DNA of 64,000 nt. Source: Pseudomonadota bacterium (lineage in GTDB: Bacteria > Desulfobacterota > Binatia > Binatales > Binataceae). The stretch covers positions 12,068 through 76,067 of the forward strand of contig JAJPJA010000100.1 in the NCBI GenBank assembly GCA_021324455.1, read 5' to 3'. A model generated the notes under the pieces. The model worked only from the letters and a program-made list of their open reading frames with translations. It had not been told where the DNA came from and searched no databases. Both the position numbers and the translations under genes were made by a program. Each line of letters begins with the position of its first letter. Within the stretch, counting starts at the first letter, position 1. Positions 9,118 through 19,049 of the stretch are shown one piece after another.

Positions 9118-12100
9118 TCAGTTAGCGAGCTGACCTGCCGCCCGCCCCACCCGAGGCTCCACCTTTTCACACGCCGCCAACGCCTGCAAGACGGTGTCCA
9201 GTTCCTCGAACAACTCCTCGTAATTGCGGTTTTCGATTCGAACCGTCAGTTGCGCGTTGGGCGCCAGCCGCATCCGCGAGCGGTTGGCGTTGACCAGTTT
9301 GGTCAGCAGCGCCGGATCCATCGGCGCCTGCGGATGCACGCGGATTTGCAGGCTGTTGCCGCGCAGCACCGCGCTCATGAGCATCAACTCGCGCATCTGG
9401 CGCCGCACGTTCATCGCCGCCAACAAATTCTCAACCAGGGTGGGCACCGGACCGAAGCGGTCGCGCAGTTCGTCGCGCAAATCGTCGAAATCCTGCACCG
9501 ATTCCGCGCGCGCCATCCGCCGGTACAGGATCAGGCGCTCGCTTTCATCCGGCGCGTAGCTGTCGGGGATGTAGGCGGGGATGCCGAGCTGCAGCTCGGG
9601 CTCGAAGTCGGGCCGCTGCGGCTCGCCGCGCAGTTCGCGGATCGCCTGCTCCATCATCTCGGTGTACAGCTCGAAGCCGACCGCGGCGATATCGCCCGAC
9701 TGCTCGCGGCCGAGCAGGTTGCCTGCGCCGCGCAGCTCCAGGTCATGCATCGCGAGCTTGAAGCCGCCGCCGACCTCGACCAGCTCGCGCAGCACCTCGA
9801 TGCGCCGCTTGGCGTCGCGCGTGATCAGATGCTCGCCCGGCACCAGCAGATAGGCGTAGGCCTTTTGCCTGGAGCGTCCCACGCGGCCGCGCAACTGATA
9901 GAGCTGCGCCAGTCCGAAATGGTCCGCGCGATTGATGATAATCGTGTTGGCGTTGGGAATGTCCAGCCCCGACTCGATTATGGCCGAGCACACCAGCACG
10001 TTGACGCGCTTGCTGATGAAGTCGTGCATCACCACTTCCAGCTCGCGCTCCTCCATCTGCCCGTGCGCGATCGCGACCTTGGCCTCCGGCACCAGCGCGC
10101 GCAGATGACGCGCCATGTACTCGATGTTCTCGACCCGGTTATGCACAAAGAACACCTGGCCGTCGCGGTTGAGCTCGCGCAGGATCACCTCGCGGATGAG
10201 TCCGTCGTCGAAATGAGCGACGTAGGTATGAATCGCCTGGCGGTCCATCGGCGGGGTCTGGATGATCGAAAGATCGCGTATCCCGAGCATCGCCATGTGC
10301 AGCGTGCGCGGAATCGGCGTGCCGGTCATGGTCAGCACGTCGACCAGCTTGCGGAAGCGTTTGATCTTTTCCTTGTCGGCGACGCCGAAGCGATGCTCCT
10401 CGTCGATAATCAGCAGCCCCAGGCGCTTGAAATCGACGTCGTTCTGCAGCAGCCGATGGGTGCCGATGACGATATCGACCTTGCCCTCGCGCACCAGCTG
10501 CAGAATCGCCTTGTTGTCCCTGGGCGAACGGAAGCGCGAGACCATCTCGATCCGTACCGGGAAATCCTTGAAGCGCCCGGTAAAGTTCTCGAAATGCTGC
10601 TCGGCCAGAACCGTGGTCGGCACCAGCATCGCGACCTGGTACCCGTCGGCCACCGCGACCATCGCCGCGCGCAGCGCGACTTCGGTTTTGCCGAAGCCGG
10701 CGTCGCCGCAGATCAGCCGGTCCATCGGACGCGTCCTGGACATGTCGAGCAGCACCTGGTCGATGGCCGCCAACTGGTCCTCGGTCTCCTGGAATTCGAA
10801 GCGGTCGGCGAACTCTTCGTACATCGATCCGGGATGAGGAAAGGCGTGGCCTTCCTGCGCTTCGCGCGCCGCGTAGATTTCCAGCAGCTCCGACGCCATC
10901 GCCAGCACCGCCTCGCGCGCGCGTTTTTTGACCTTGTCCCACGAGCCGCTGCCGAGCTTGTCCAGCCTGGGCGTCACGCCGTCGCCGCCGACGTAGCGCT
11001 GAACCAGGTTGATGCGCTCCACCGGGACGTAGAGCGTGTCGTCGCCGAGGTATTCGAGATTGAGGAAATCGCCTTCGGCTTCGGCGACCTTCAGATGCTT
11101 GAGTCCGCGATAACGGCCGATGCCGTGGTCCAGATGCACCACGAAATCGCCCGGCTTGAGCTCCTCCAGGTTGACCAGCATCCCCTTGGCGGCGGGGCGG
11201 GTCCGCCGGCGCGTGCGCGGCTCGCCGAAGATGTCCTCTTCACTGTAGATGTACAGGCCGTCGAGCGGCAGCACGGTTCCGGCGCCCAGCTCGCCCTCCA
11301 GGATCGCGGGGTAGCCGGGCGGCGATTCCATCAGGCGGGGAAAGCTTTCCGCCTTGACGTTGATTTCGAAGCCGTAAGCCTCAAGATGGCGCCGCAGGCG
11401 ATTGCCCTGGCTGGGACCGTCGACCACGAAAATCGCGCGGCCCATCTGCCGGCGGATTTGCGTCAGCTCCTCGATCAGCGGTTCGAACGTCGGAGCTTTG
11501 GCGCCGTCCTTGCCGCCGGCGGTGAGCTTAAGGCTCGCCTGGGACTTGACTTCGATCGCAAGCGCGTGGCCGGTCTCCGGCGTGCGCAATGTCACCACCG
11601 AGCCGACCTCGACCGTAACCAGCTGCTCCAGGCGCGATTGCAGTTCGGCGGCGTCGAGGAACAGGCTTTCGGGAGGTGGAAAAAAGACGTGGCGCGCCAG
11701 ATTCTGCTCCGCCTCCTCGGCCACGTGATCGGCAAAGCGCTGGCTTTGCGCGAGGATGCGGCCGGGCTCGACCATCCATGTAAGCGCGTTTTGGGGCATG
11801 AAGTCGAAGATGGTCTGCAGCGGACAGTCGTACATGTAGGGCGTCAGGTTTTCGACCCCCGGAAAGAGCAAGCCGTTTTCCAGCGCTTCGGTCAGCTCGG
11901 CCACCTCCTTGCGCACCAGGCCGATCTCGGCCGCCCGCACCGCGACCTGATCGCGCAGCTTGCGATCGCGCAGCGCGCCCGGCGCCACGAACCGCGCCGG
12001 AATCACGATTGCTTCGAGCACTTCATCCAACGAGCGCTGGTCGGCCGGATCGAAGAAGCGAATCGAGGAGAGGATGTCGTCTTCCAGTTCAAGCCGCAGC

Positions 12101-12681
12101 GGACGGCGGTAAAGCGGCGAGAAGAGATCGACGATACCGCCGCGCACGCTGTAGTCGCCGGGCTCTTCGGTTTGCGGCAGCCGCTGATATCCAATCGCGG
12201 CCAGTTCCGCGCTTACGCCTTCCAGATCGATACGGTCGCCCAACGTCAGGCTCAGGACGGAATTTTCGAACACGCCGCGCGGCATCGTGCGGGTCATCAG
12301 GGCTTCGACCGAGGTGATGACCAGCGGGGCGGGTTTGCGAATCAAGGCGTAAAGCGCCTCGAACTCGGCGCTCTGGTTGTCCAGCGGCGGCGACATGCGC
12401 GCCAGCGGGGTCACGTCCCATCCGGTGTGGAGGTATACGGCATGCTCGGCCGATCCCGCGGGCGTCTGTCCGAGGAAGAATTTCACTTCAGCCGCCAAAG
12501 TTTCCGCTTCGGCGGAAAGCGGGGTGACGGCGAGGATCGGGCGCCTGAGCATGAGCATCGCTTCGCGCAGCAACAGGGGGCCGGCGGCGCCCTTGAGGCC
12601 CATCACCGGAAAATGCCGCTCCGTGCCGGCTTTGAGCCGCGCCTCCAGTTCGGCAATCGCTTCTTTAAGACTTCGCTCCAT
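9118..12681 (-). CDS. mfd: Transcription-repair coupling factor Mfd
   Basis: ~1190 aa; UvrB-homology N-terminus, CarD/TRCF domain (…GDFVVHLDHGIGRY…), SF2 helicase motifs (GDAGFGKTEVAL; DEEHRFGV), TRG motif; start at ATG 12681 (alternative GTG 12714). Confidence 0.95.
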   Translation of the reverse strand: MERSLKEAIAELEARLKAGTERHFPVMGLKGAAGPLLLREAMLMLRRPILAVTPLSAEAETLAAEVKFFLGQTPAGSAEHAVYLHTGWDVTPLARMSPPLDNQSAEFEALYALIRKPAPLVITSVEALMTRTMPRGVFENSVLSLTLGDRIDLEGVSAELAAIGYQRLPQTEEPGDYSVRGGIVDLFSPLYRRPLRLELEDDILSSIRFFDPADQRSLDEVLEAIVIPARFVAPGALRDRKLRDQVAVRAAEIGLVRKEVAELTEALENGLLFPGVENLTPYMYDCPLQTIFDFMPQNALTWMVEPGRILAQSQRFADHVAEEAEQNLARHVFFPPPESLFLDAAELQSRLEQLVTVEVGSVVTLRTPETGHALAIEVKSQASLKLTAGGKDGAKAPTFEPLIEELTQIRRQMGRAIFVVDGPSQGNRLRRHLEAYGFEINVKAESFPRLMESPPGYPAILEGELGAGTVLPLDGLYIYSEEDIFGEPRTRRRTRPAAKGMLVNLEELKPGDFVVHLDHGIGRYRGLKHLKVAEAEGDFLNLEYLGDDTLYVPVERINLVQRYVGGDGVTPRLDKLGSGSWDKVKKRAREAVLAMASELLEIYAAREAQEGHAFPHPGSMYEEFADRFEFQETEDQLAAIDQVLLDMSRTRPMDRLICGDAGFGKTEVALRAAMVAVADGYQVAMLVPTTVLAEQHFENFTGRFKDFPVRIEMVSRFRSPRDNKAILQLVREGKVDIVIGTHRLLQNDVDFKRLGLLIIDEEHRFGVADKEKIKRFRKLVDVLTMTGTPIPRTLHMAMLGIRDLSIIQTPPMDRQAIHTYVAHFDDGLIREVILRELNRDGQVFFVHNRVENIEYMARHLRALVPEAKVAIAHGQMEERELEVVMHDFISKRVNVLVCSAIIESGLDIPNANTIIINRADHFGLAQLYQLRGRVGRSRQKAYAYLLVPGEHLITRDAKRRIEVLRELVEVGGGFKLAMHDLELRGAGNLLGREQSGDIAAVGFELYTEMMEQAIRELRGEPQRPDFEPELQLGIPAYIPDSYAPDESERLILYRRMARAESVQDFDDLRDELRDRFGPVPTLVENLLAAMNVRRQMRELMLMSAVLRGNSLQIRVHPQAPMDPALLTKLVNANRSRMRLAPNAQLTVRIENRNYEELFEELDTVLQALAACEKVEPRVGRAAGQLAN

Positions 12682-12980
12682 GATCCAAAACAAGTTGGGG
12701 CCCCAGCCCAACACCGTGGGCGGGGCCGCAGGTTCTCAGGCCGCGGCGCAAACACAAACCGTCGGGCGGAGCTCCCGCTCCCGCCCGACGCGTCAGATGT
12801 TACCAGAAATCGATTCCCAAGGCGTCCCCGGACGCGGCAGTTCAGCCCAAGGCGAGGATTTGGGTCAAAGCGTCAAGATGAGCGCAAGATCGAACGGCCG
12901 CGGACCAGGCAACCCGGGCTCGGTTGGAAAAGACCGCAAGCGGCGGCGCGATTACTTCGCGACCGGATCTGCCGTCGCGG

Positions 12981-13289
12981 TTAGTCGCTGGAAGAAGTCC
13001 GGTCTTCGGCGCCGTCGTACTCGGGGCATAGACCCGAGGGACTGACGGCGGCGATCACGGTAAGAAACTGCTCAAACGTCATATGGAGGTTGACAAAACC
13101 CCCCTGACAGAAGACCCATCCGTAGTAGTCGAGGATCTCGTCCGGTATCATTACCGGCAACCGGGGAGGGGTGGTGACAACGGGAAATTGGCGTGGACCG
13201 GTCGACGGCGTGAACGGCATTGCCGCCTGCTTTTTGACGGCATCATCCTCCCACAGGGGGATGACTTTGCCCTTTAAGTTGCTCGCCAT
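12981..13289 (-). CDS. Hypothetical protein (~102 aa) upstream of mfd
   Basis: ORF with coding-like GC3 bias, first gene of the minus-strand mfd operon; start uncertain (ATG 13289 or upstream TTG 13346). Confidence 0.3.
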   Translation of the reverse strand: MASNLKGKVIPLWEDDAVKKQAAMPFTPSTGPRQFPVVTTPPRLPVMIPDEILDYYGWVFCQGGFVNLHMTFEQFLTVIAAVSPSGLCPEYDGAEDRTSSSD

Positions 13290-13424
13290 AGTTTTAGAAA
13301 GAGCCTGTTTGGGCTGACCTCCGCCCGCCACCAGTATTCTTGGCAAGGGGCTGGAGAGTCAAGGCTTTGGCGCCGGATTGATCGATCGGTCAGCTCAGCC
13401 GATCGCCGGCTAAACCTCGAAGTG

Positions 13425-14219
13425 ATGGGAGTTATGAATTCAGAGCTTCACGCGGCGATTTTGGGAATTATCCAGGGTCTGACGGAATTTCTGCCGGTTT
13501 CCAGTTCCGCCCATCTGACCCTCACCCCGTGGTTGTTCGGCTGGAACGACCCCGGACTGGCGTTCGACGTTGCGCTTCACATGGGTTCTCTGCTGGCTTT
13601 GCTAATCTACTATCGCCATGAATGGCTTGAGATCATCAATGGCGCGGTCAGCGGAGACCGCCGCGGACGCCGTCTGCTGATCCTGCTGATTGCCGCCTCG
13701 GTCCCCGGCGCGATCCTCGGATTTTTGTTTGAAAAGCAGGCCGAAACCGTTTTTCGTTCCCCGCTTCTGATAGCCGCGGCGCTGGCGGTTCTGGGTCTGG
13801 CTCTGTGGATAATCGATCTCAGGGCCCGCCAGGTGCGCGACCTCGACGCCATTCGGCTCGGCGACGCCTTGCTGATTGGCGTGGCGCAGGCATTCGCCCT
13901 AATCCCCGGCGTGTCGCGATCCGGGGCGACCATCACCGTCGGCCGCGCCCTGGGTATCAATCGGCAGGACGCCGCCAACTTCTCCTTCCTCATGTCCGCA
14001 CCGATTATCGCCGGCGCTGGTCTGTTGAAGGCGCACGAGCTGTTCCGTTCCGGCATGACCGGCGAGTTGACCGCGGGCTTCGTGGCCTCCGCCGTCTTCA
14101 GCCTGGCCGCGATCGCCGTCCTGATAGCGTACGTCCGCAGCCGCACTTACCAGGTGTTCGCCTGGTACCGGATCGCGTTGGCCGCCGTCGTGATCGCGAT
14201 CTACTTCATGCGAAGCTGA
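13425..14219 (+). CDS. uppP: Undecaprenyl-diphosphatase UppP (BacA)
   Basis: …ILGIIQGLTEFLPVSSSAHL… and …PGVSRSGATI… conserved BacA motifs; 8 TM helices. Confidence 0.9.
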   Translation: MGVMNSELHAAILGIIQGLTEFLPVSSSAHLTLTPWLFGWNDPGLAFDVALHMGSLLALLIYYRHEWLEIINGAVSGDRRGRRLLILLIAASVPGAILGFLFEKQAETVFRSPLLIAAALAVLGLALWIIDLRARQVRDLDAIRLGDALLIGVAQAFALIPGVSRSGATITVGRALGINRQDAANFSFLMSAPIIAGAGLLKAHELFRSGMTGELTAGFVASAVFSLAAIAVLIAYVRSRTYQVFAWYRIALAAVVIAIYFMRS

Positions 14220-14220
14220 A

Positions 14221-15177
14221 GTGGCGCAAACAGCTCAGAGAACCGGTTCGATGACCGCCGGTCTGGCGATGGCCGCGGTCACCACCGTGTCGGGAGCGAT
14301 GCTGCCGATAATCACCCGCTACGGCGCAACGCATATCGATCCGATGTTGTTTTGCGCCGGAGCCTCGGTAATTGCGTGCGGTTGTGCGATGCCGTTTATG
14401 GCGGGCGGCGACGGCGTCGGTATCCTGGTGCGGCCGCGCCACCGATGGCTGCTGGGCGCAATCTCGATGACGGGAAGCTTTTTGCCCGGTTTGGCGATGG
14501 TGTTCGGGATGCGCCGCGTCAATGCGGTGGCGGCGGTCCTGCTGCTTCAACTGGAACCGGTCTACTCTTTGGTCATCGCGACACTGGTGGTGGGCGAGGC
14601 GCCCTCGGCGCGCCAGATCGTTGCGACGGCGGCAATTCTGGCCGGTATCGTATCGGCGTTTTGGGGCGGCGCGGGAATCTTCCTCAGTCCCGCCGCCGTC
14701 CTGATCGCGCTGACTCCTCTGATGTGGCAAATCTCGCATGTGATTACGCTGCGGGTGATGCCGCCGCTGCGCCCGGTCAGCGTGACGGCGGCACGCAACG
14801 CCTACGCCTCGATCCTGCTGACCGCGATGCTGCTGGTCTCTCGGCCGGCGGCGTTGAGGCAGTTGGCCCAATTCAATACCGTCGCCACCCTGATCGCGAC
14901 CGGTGCGATGGTTTACTTCATCGGCACCCTGACCTGGTACGGCGCGATCAGCCGGCTGTCGCTGAGCTGGACCACCGCTTTGGTGGTGCCGGGGTCGCCG
15001 ATTCTGGCCGTGCTGTTGGCCGCGATTTTTCTGGGCGAGCGGGCGGGCGCGCGCCAACTGGCGGCAATCGGGGTGGCCATCGCGGGCATCATGGCCCTGG
15101 TGCTGGGTGCCGACCCGTCGCGTCCGGGCGCGGCGCAGCTCGAGGCGATCGAGGTCCCGGCGCCCCCCGGTGCCTGA
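14221..15177 (+). CDS. DMT superfamily (EamA-like) transporter
   Basis: 10 predicted TM helices in two EamA-like halves; GTG start 1 nt after uppP stop (alt ATG at 14251). Confidence 0.7.
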   Translation: MAQTAQRTGSMTAGLAMAAVTTVSGAMLPIITRYGATHIDPMLFCAGASVIACGCAMPFMAGGDGVGILVRPRHRWLLGAISMTGSFLPGLAMVFGMRRVNAVAAVLLLQLEPVYSLVIATLVVGEAPSARQIVATAAILAGIVSAFWGGAGIFLSPAAVLIALTPLMWQISHVITLRVMPPLRPVSVTAARNAYASILLTAMLLVSRPAALRQLAQFNTVATLIATGAMVYFIGTLTWYGAISRLSLSWTTALVVPGSPILAVLLAAIFLGERAGARQLAAIGVAIAGIMALVLGADPSRPGAAQLEAIEVPAPPGA

Positions 15178-15309
15178 CGCGAAATCGCGGCGGGCCGATT
15201 CTCTGGCGGCCGCATCAGCGCGTATTGACTATGAGTGACCGGGTGGTCTTTAGTTGGCCTGCTGCCGAGATCGGGAAACATTCAGACAGCGTTCCGTGGA
15301 GGGATCGCG

Positions 15310-15513
15310 ATGGCACGAATGGTCAAACACGAACAAAACGTTCCCTATGAAATCCCCGAAGGCACCGAACTGCCGCTCTACATCTGCGCCTGCGGGCTGT
15401 CCAAGAACAAACCGTTTTGCGACGGTTCCCACCGCCGGACCCGGGATGAGAACGCCGGCGAAGTTTACGTCTATGACGACAACGCCCGCGTTCCGGTGAT
15501 CAAACAGTACTGA
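15310..15513 (+). CDS. CDGSH-type iron-sulfur domain protein (67 aa)
   Basis: [18 protein letters not shown] matches the CDGSH [2Fe-2S] motif (C-x-C-x...-C-D-G-S-H); GGAGGG SD 8 nt upstream of ATG. Confidence 0.7.
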   Translation: MARMVKHEQNVPYEIPEGTELPLYICACGLSKNKPFCDGSHRRTRDENAGEVYVYDDNARVPVIKQY

Positions 15514-15585
15514 AGGGATAGAAGGAGCGGGCCGCCGCGGCCCGCTCTCGCCACCGGCGAACTGTCCGTCCGCGGCCTGGACGGC

Positions 15586-16284
15586 CTAGCGCACCGCGCT
15601 CGCGAACATCCGATAGATCTCGCCGGTGATCTCATGCAGGTCGGCGTCGTCGCGCTCGGGAGCGTACCAGTTGCCGATCGAGTTCAAGGCTCCGAACAGC
15701 AGCGAAACCAGGATGCGCGAGCGCGCCCGGCTCAGTTCCTTGCCGTTGGCCCGCGCCAGATCGGTCAGCAGAGCGCGGCAGGTCTCGGTGTACTGCCGCT
15801 CCATCGCGCGAATCTCCGAAAGGTACGGCTCGGAGAGCTTGCTGGTCTCCTGCAGCAACACCTTGGCCTCGGCCGGACTGGAGGTGGAAGCGCTGAAGTG
15901 GTTCTCAATAAAGATGCGCAGGCGCTCGGAGGGATCGGTGACATTGGCGGAGATCTTCTCGAACGAGGTGATCGATCGCTCAAGGCCGCGTTTGGCCACC
16001 AAATAGAGCAGCTCTTCCTTGTTGCGCAGGTAATAGTAGATGCGCGGGAAGGAGATACCGGCGCGCGCCGCGATTTCGCGAATCGAAGCCAGCCCGAAGC
16101 TTTTCTCCGCAAAGAGGCTGGCCGCCGAGCCCAGGATATTATCGACGTTGGCGTCGTGATGGCGCCTGGCGGCCGCCTTGGTTTTGGGGCGGCGCGGTTG
16201 CGCCGCGGCAGTTGCCGCGCTCTTGGTGGTCTTTCGCAGGGCCTTTTCTTTTGGCACGTCGCCTGTCCTCAACCTTTTAGCCAC
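15586..16284 (-). CDS. TetR/AcrR family regulator with Lys/Ala-rich N-terminal tail
   Basis: HTH …SIREIAARAGISFPRIYYYLRNKEEL…; GTG start at 16284. Confidence 0.85.
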   Translation of the reverse strand: MAKRLRTGDVPKEKALRKTTKSAATAAAQPRRPKTKAAARRHHDANVDNILGSAASLFAEKSFGLASIREIAARAGISFPRIYYYLRNKEELLYLVAKRGLERSITSFEKISANVTDPSERLRIFIENHFSASTSSPAEAKVLLQETSKLSEPYLSEIRAMERQYTETCRALLTDLARANGKELSRARSRILVSLLFGALNSIGNWYAPERDDADLHEITGEIYRMFASAVR

Positions 16285-16396
16285 TGCGATGCCTTGCGTG
16301 GTGTAAAAGGCGGCAGCGGCTTTGGTTTGCTCAATATATATGAAGAAACCGCCCGCGCAAAGGTCAGAACAGCCGTTTGGTCAAGCCGCACCGCGA

Positions 16397-16413
16397 TGTA
16401 CCGGTCCGGTACA
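16397..16413. promoter_or_regulatory. Perfect palindrome TGTACCGG-T-CCGGTACA, candidate operator for the adjacent TetR
   Basis: Seen directly; lies in the 237-bp gap between the small Cys-protein gene and the TetR gene. Confidence 0.5.
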
Positions 16414-16521
16414 CCATTTTTCGCCGCCGCTCCAAAGCGTTTGTCAGACTGGTAGCTTGCCGCCGCCCAAGGCGTACCGGCGCCTGGCCGGGAGCGCGCC
16501 CCGGCGCCGCCGGGCGTGAAA

Positions 16522-16722
16522 TCAGTTGCCGGCCAGATTGGTATGCTTGGCGCACGGCTTCAGCTTGGCGCTGCCGTCGCCCGCGAACACTTCAATCACG
16601 CAGCCGCATTGCCAGTAGAAGTCGTCGAACGCGCCGTTGTCGTCGATGCGCTCGTCGCAGGTTTTCATCCGGTTGTCGGCTTCGGTGCTCAGCACATTGG
16701 CAAAGGTGTCGTAGGTTGCCAT
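16522..16722 (-). CDS. Small (66 aa) Cys-containing hypothetical protein (C-x16-CxC-x15-C)
   Basis: Strong SD (GGAGGAAG) 7-8 nt upstream of ATG at 16722; MATYDTFANVLSTEADNRMKTCDERIDDNGAFDDFYWQCGCVIEVFAGDGSAKLKPCAKHTNLAGN; no known family recognised. Confidence 0.5.
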   Translation of the reverse strand: MATYDTFANVLSTEADNRMKTCDERIDDNGAFDDFYWQCGCVIEVFAGDGSAKLKPCAKHTNLAGN

Positions 16723-16897
16723 CGTCTAATCTTCCTCCGCCCGGGCGTCCCCGCTGTGGCGGTTAAACTCCGCTTGGCTTGTAACCCGGTGAAATTATTC
16801 AAGTCCTGACCAGACCACGGCACGCGCGGTTTCGGACAGGTCCCCGATGTTCTTAGAAACCATGGAGCCCCGGCATTTTCAAGAGCCGCTGCGATGC

Positions 16898-17524
16898 CTA
16901 ACGGCGGCGGGTTCCGATCACCGCGAACACCGGGTCGGCATACGCGGTTTCGCACCGCCGCTCGATTGCTTCGATATCGTCGAATACGCCGCTGGCCGCG
17001 AAATATTCCCGCACCAACACCACCCGCTGCGATTCCGATGCCCGCTGCCAGACCCATACCGCCTTGGTCGGGAACATCCGGTTGGAAAAGCTCACCACCA
17101 ATGGCGCCCCGGGCCGCAGCACGCGTCCAATCTCGACGAAGACTTCCACCGGCTTTATCAGGTACTGGATCGACACCGTCAGCATCGCGCCGTCGAAGCT
17201 GGAGGCCTCAAAGGGCAGGCGCGGGTCGCGGTTGAGGTCATGCACGACTGCCTGGGTAAGCGCCGGATTGTCCTCCATCTCGGCGCGATTAAGTCCCAGT
17301 CCGGTGACCGACGCGGGCGCGAGCGAGGCCGGCAGGTGCGAGCGCCAACTGCTCATCAGGTCGAGCAGCGCGCCGCCGGGCGGCAGCTTTTGTTCGAAGA
17401 TCCGGCCGATAGCGGCGATCGCCCAATCGTCGATATGGACGACGAAGCGGGGAAAGCTGTAGAACAGCGCATCGTCGGTTTCGTCGATGCGGCGGAAAAA
17501 ATCCTCTGGCATCGGCTCTGCCAT
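16898..17524 (-). CDS. Class I SAM-dependent methyltransferase
   Basis: Methyltransf_11-like motifs (…ALLDLMSSW… GLGLN…; …RVLRPGAPLVVSF…). Confidence 0.75.
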   Translation of the reverse strand: MAEPMPEDFFRRIDETDDALFYSFPRFVVHIDDWAIAAIGRIFEQKLPPGGALLDLMSSWRSHLPASLAPASVTGLGLNRAEMEDNPALTQAVVHDLNRDPRLPFEASSFDGAMLTVSIQYLIKPVEVFVEIGRVLRPGAPLVVSFSNRMFPTKAVWVWQRASESQRVVLVREYFAASGVFDDIEAIERRCETAYADPVFAVIGTRRR

Positions 17525-17625
17525 AAGCGGCCTCAAGTTGGGAATTGTAATCACTTTGCGCCGCCGCGCGCAAAACATCGCCGGGTGCCGATTGCGGCTG
17601 GTTTGGGATTTACATCTGGCGTTTA

Positions 17626-18972
17626 ATGAATCGGGTGATGCGCGATTTGAAGTCTGTCCGCCGGCCCGCTTTCGCCGGTATCATTCCGGCCGGCGAGCCG
17701 GTCCGTCTTCCGATTCATTTCTTTGCCGTCGCGATTTTCTTTTTCGCCCTGGGTACGGCGGCGGCGCCGTGGGCCGCGGCCAGGCTGGCCGACTATTTCT
17801 ATCAGCTTTCGGTGCTCGCCTGGGTGCATACGTTTACCCTGGGATGGATCACGTCGGCGATCCTCGGCCTGATCTACTGCTACGTCCCCGCATTCGGCCG
17901 GCGCGGGCTCCGGTTCCCGCGGCTTGCCGCGCTGCAACTGGTGCTTTATTTCCTGGGCGCTTCCGGCGTGATTGCGCATTTCATGCTGGGCAGCTGGGAC
18001 GGGGTGTGGATGGCGGGCGCGGTGGTGGCGCTCAGCGTTGTCCTGTTCGCGCTCAATGTGGTTCCCGCCCTCGCCCCCGACTTCGGCCGCGGCACCGCCG
18101 AAACAGGTCTGCTGCTGGGATTGTTTTTTCTTCTCTGCGCCAGTTCTTTGGGCACGATGCTCGCGTTCGACAAGGAACACAGCTTCATTCCCGGAACCCT
18201 GCTGCGCAACCTTTCCGCCCATGCGCATCTGGCGGCGATCGGATGGATTGCGATGGCGGTGTGCGGCGTTTCCTATCGCCTGAGCAGCGCGGCGGAATCA
18301 AGGCCAACGCCGCCGGGGATGCCCGCTGCGGCGATCGCGCAACTGTTCGCCCTGGCGGCCGCGGCGATGGTGTTATTTGCGGCGCTGATGGCGAGAATCG
18401 GCAATGTCGCCATCTGGACGGTGTTTACCGCGGCGGTGCTGATGCTATGGCTTGCGATTTTCCAGAGGCGCATCAGAGTACTCCACACGCCGGCCCTGTG
18501 GACAACGTTCCACGCCCTGGCGGCGGTAGTTTCGCTGGTACTGGTGTTGATTGCCGGAATCTGGCTGGCGGTTGCGGGTGCCGGCGGCGCTTTCGGCGCG
18601 CATCTGGCCTGCGCTTACGGGCTGCTTGGCCTGCTCGGCTTTGCCGGCAATTTTATTATCGCCCTGTCGTACCATCTGTTCTCCGGTTTCGTGGCGCGAG
18701 TGCGTTCCGCTCTGGGATGGCCCCATCTGAGCCGTGCTGAGTTGTCGGTCGACGGCGGACGGCCGCTGGCGTTCTGGGGCCTCAATGCCGGGATACTGAT
18801 GATGGCGGCCGGCCTGCTCGCGGATCGGGTCGAAATCGCGCAGGTGGGGGGAGTGCTGATTGCAATCGCGGGCCTGGTTTACAGCGCCGCGATGGCGTGG
18901 ACGCTCAGCTTTGCCTATCGCCGTTCGAGCCCCGAAGCGCCCGGGCGCCTGCTGAGCGCGGCACAGGATTGA
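17626..18972 (+). CDS. Polytopic (about 12 TM) membrane protein with conserved intramembrane His; possibly NnrS-like
   Basis: 448 aa almost entirely hydrophobic helices, several His in TM segments; family assignment tentative. Confidence 0.55.
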   Translation: MNRVMRDLKSVRRPAFAGIIPAGEPVRLPIHFFAVAIFFFALGTAAAPWAAARLADYFYQLSVLAWVHTFTLGWITSAILGLIYCYVPAFGRRGLRFPRLAALQLVLYFLGASGVIAHFMLGSWDGVWMAGAVVALSVVLFALNVVPALAPDFGRGTAETGLLLGLFFLLCASSLGTMLAFDKEHSFIPGTLLRNLSAHAHLAAIGWIAMAVCGVSYRLSSAAESRPTPPGMPAAAIAQLFALAAAAMVLFAALMARIGNVAIWTVFTAAVLMLWLAIFQRRIRVLHTPALWTTFHALAAVVSLVLVLIAGIWLAVAGAGGAFGAHLACAYGLLGLLGFAGNFIIALSYHLFSGFVARVRSALGWPHLSRAELSVDGGRPLAFWGLNAGILMMAAGLLADRVEIAQVGGVLIAIAGLVYSAAMAWTLSFAYRRSSPEAPGRLLSAAQD

Positions 18973-19049
18973 GTGGTTTAATCCGCGCCGCCGCGCCGCT
19001 AAGCTTAACTTGGGACTTTTCCACAACCGGCAACCGAGATTCGATTGGC

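Noticed and set aside
9250-12984. 1244-aa ORF on the + strand
   Set aside because: It is antisense to mfd. The sequence is Arg/Ala/Gly/His-rich and low-complexity, typical of stop-codon-poor high-GC antisense frames. mfd on the other strand has full motif support.
18973-19049. Possible TPP riboswitch upstream of thiO
   Set aside because: No THI-box conserved segments are present, and the region mostly overlaps the 3' end of the upstream membrane-protein gene.
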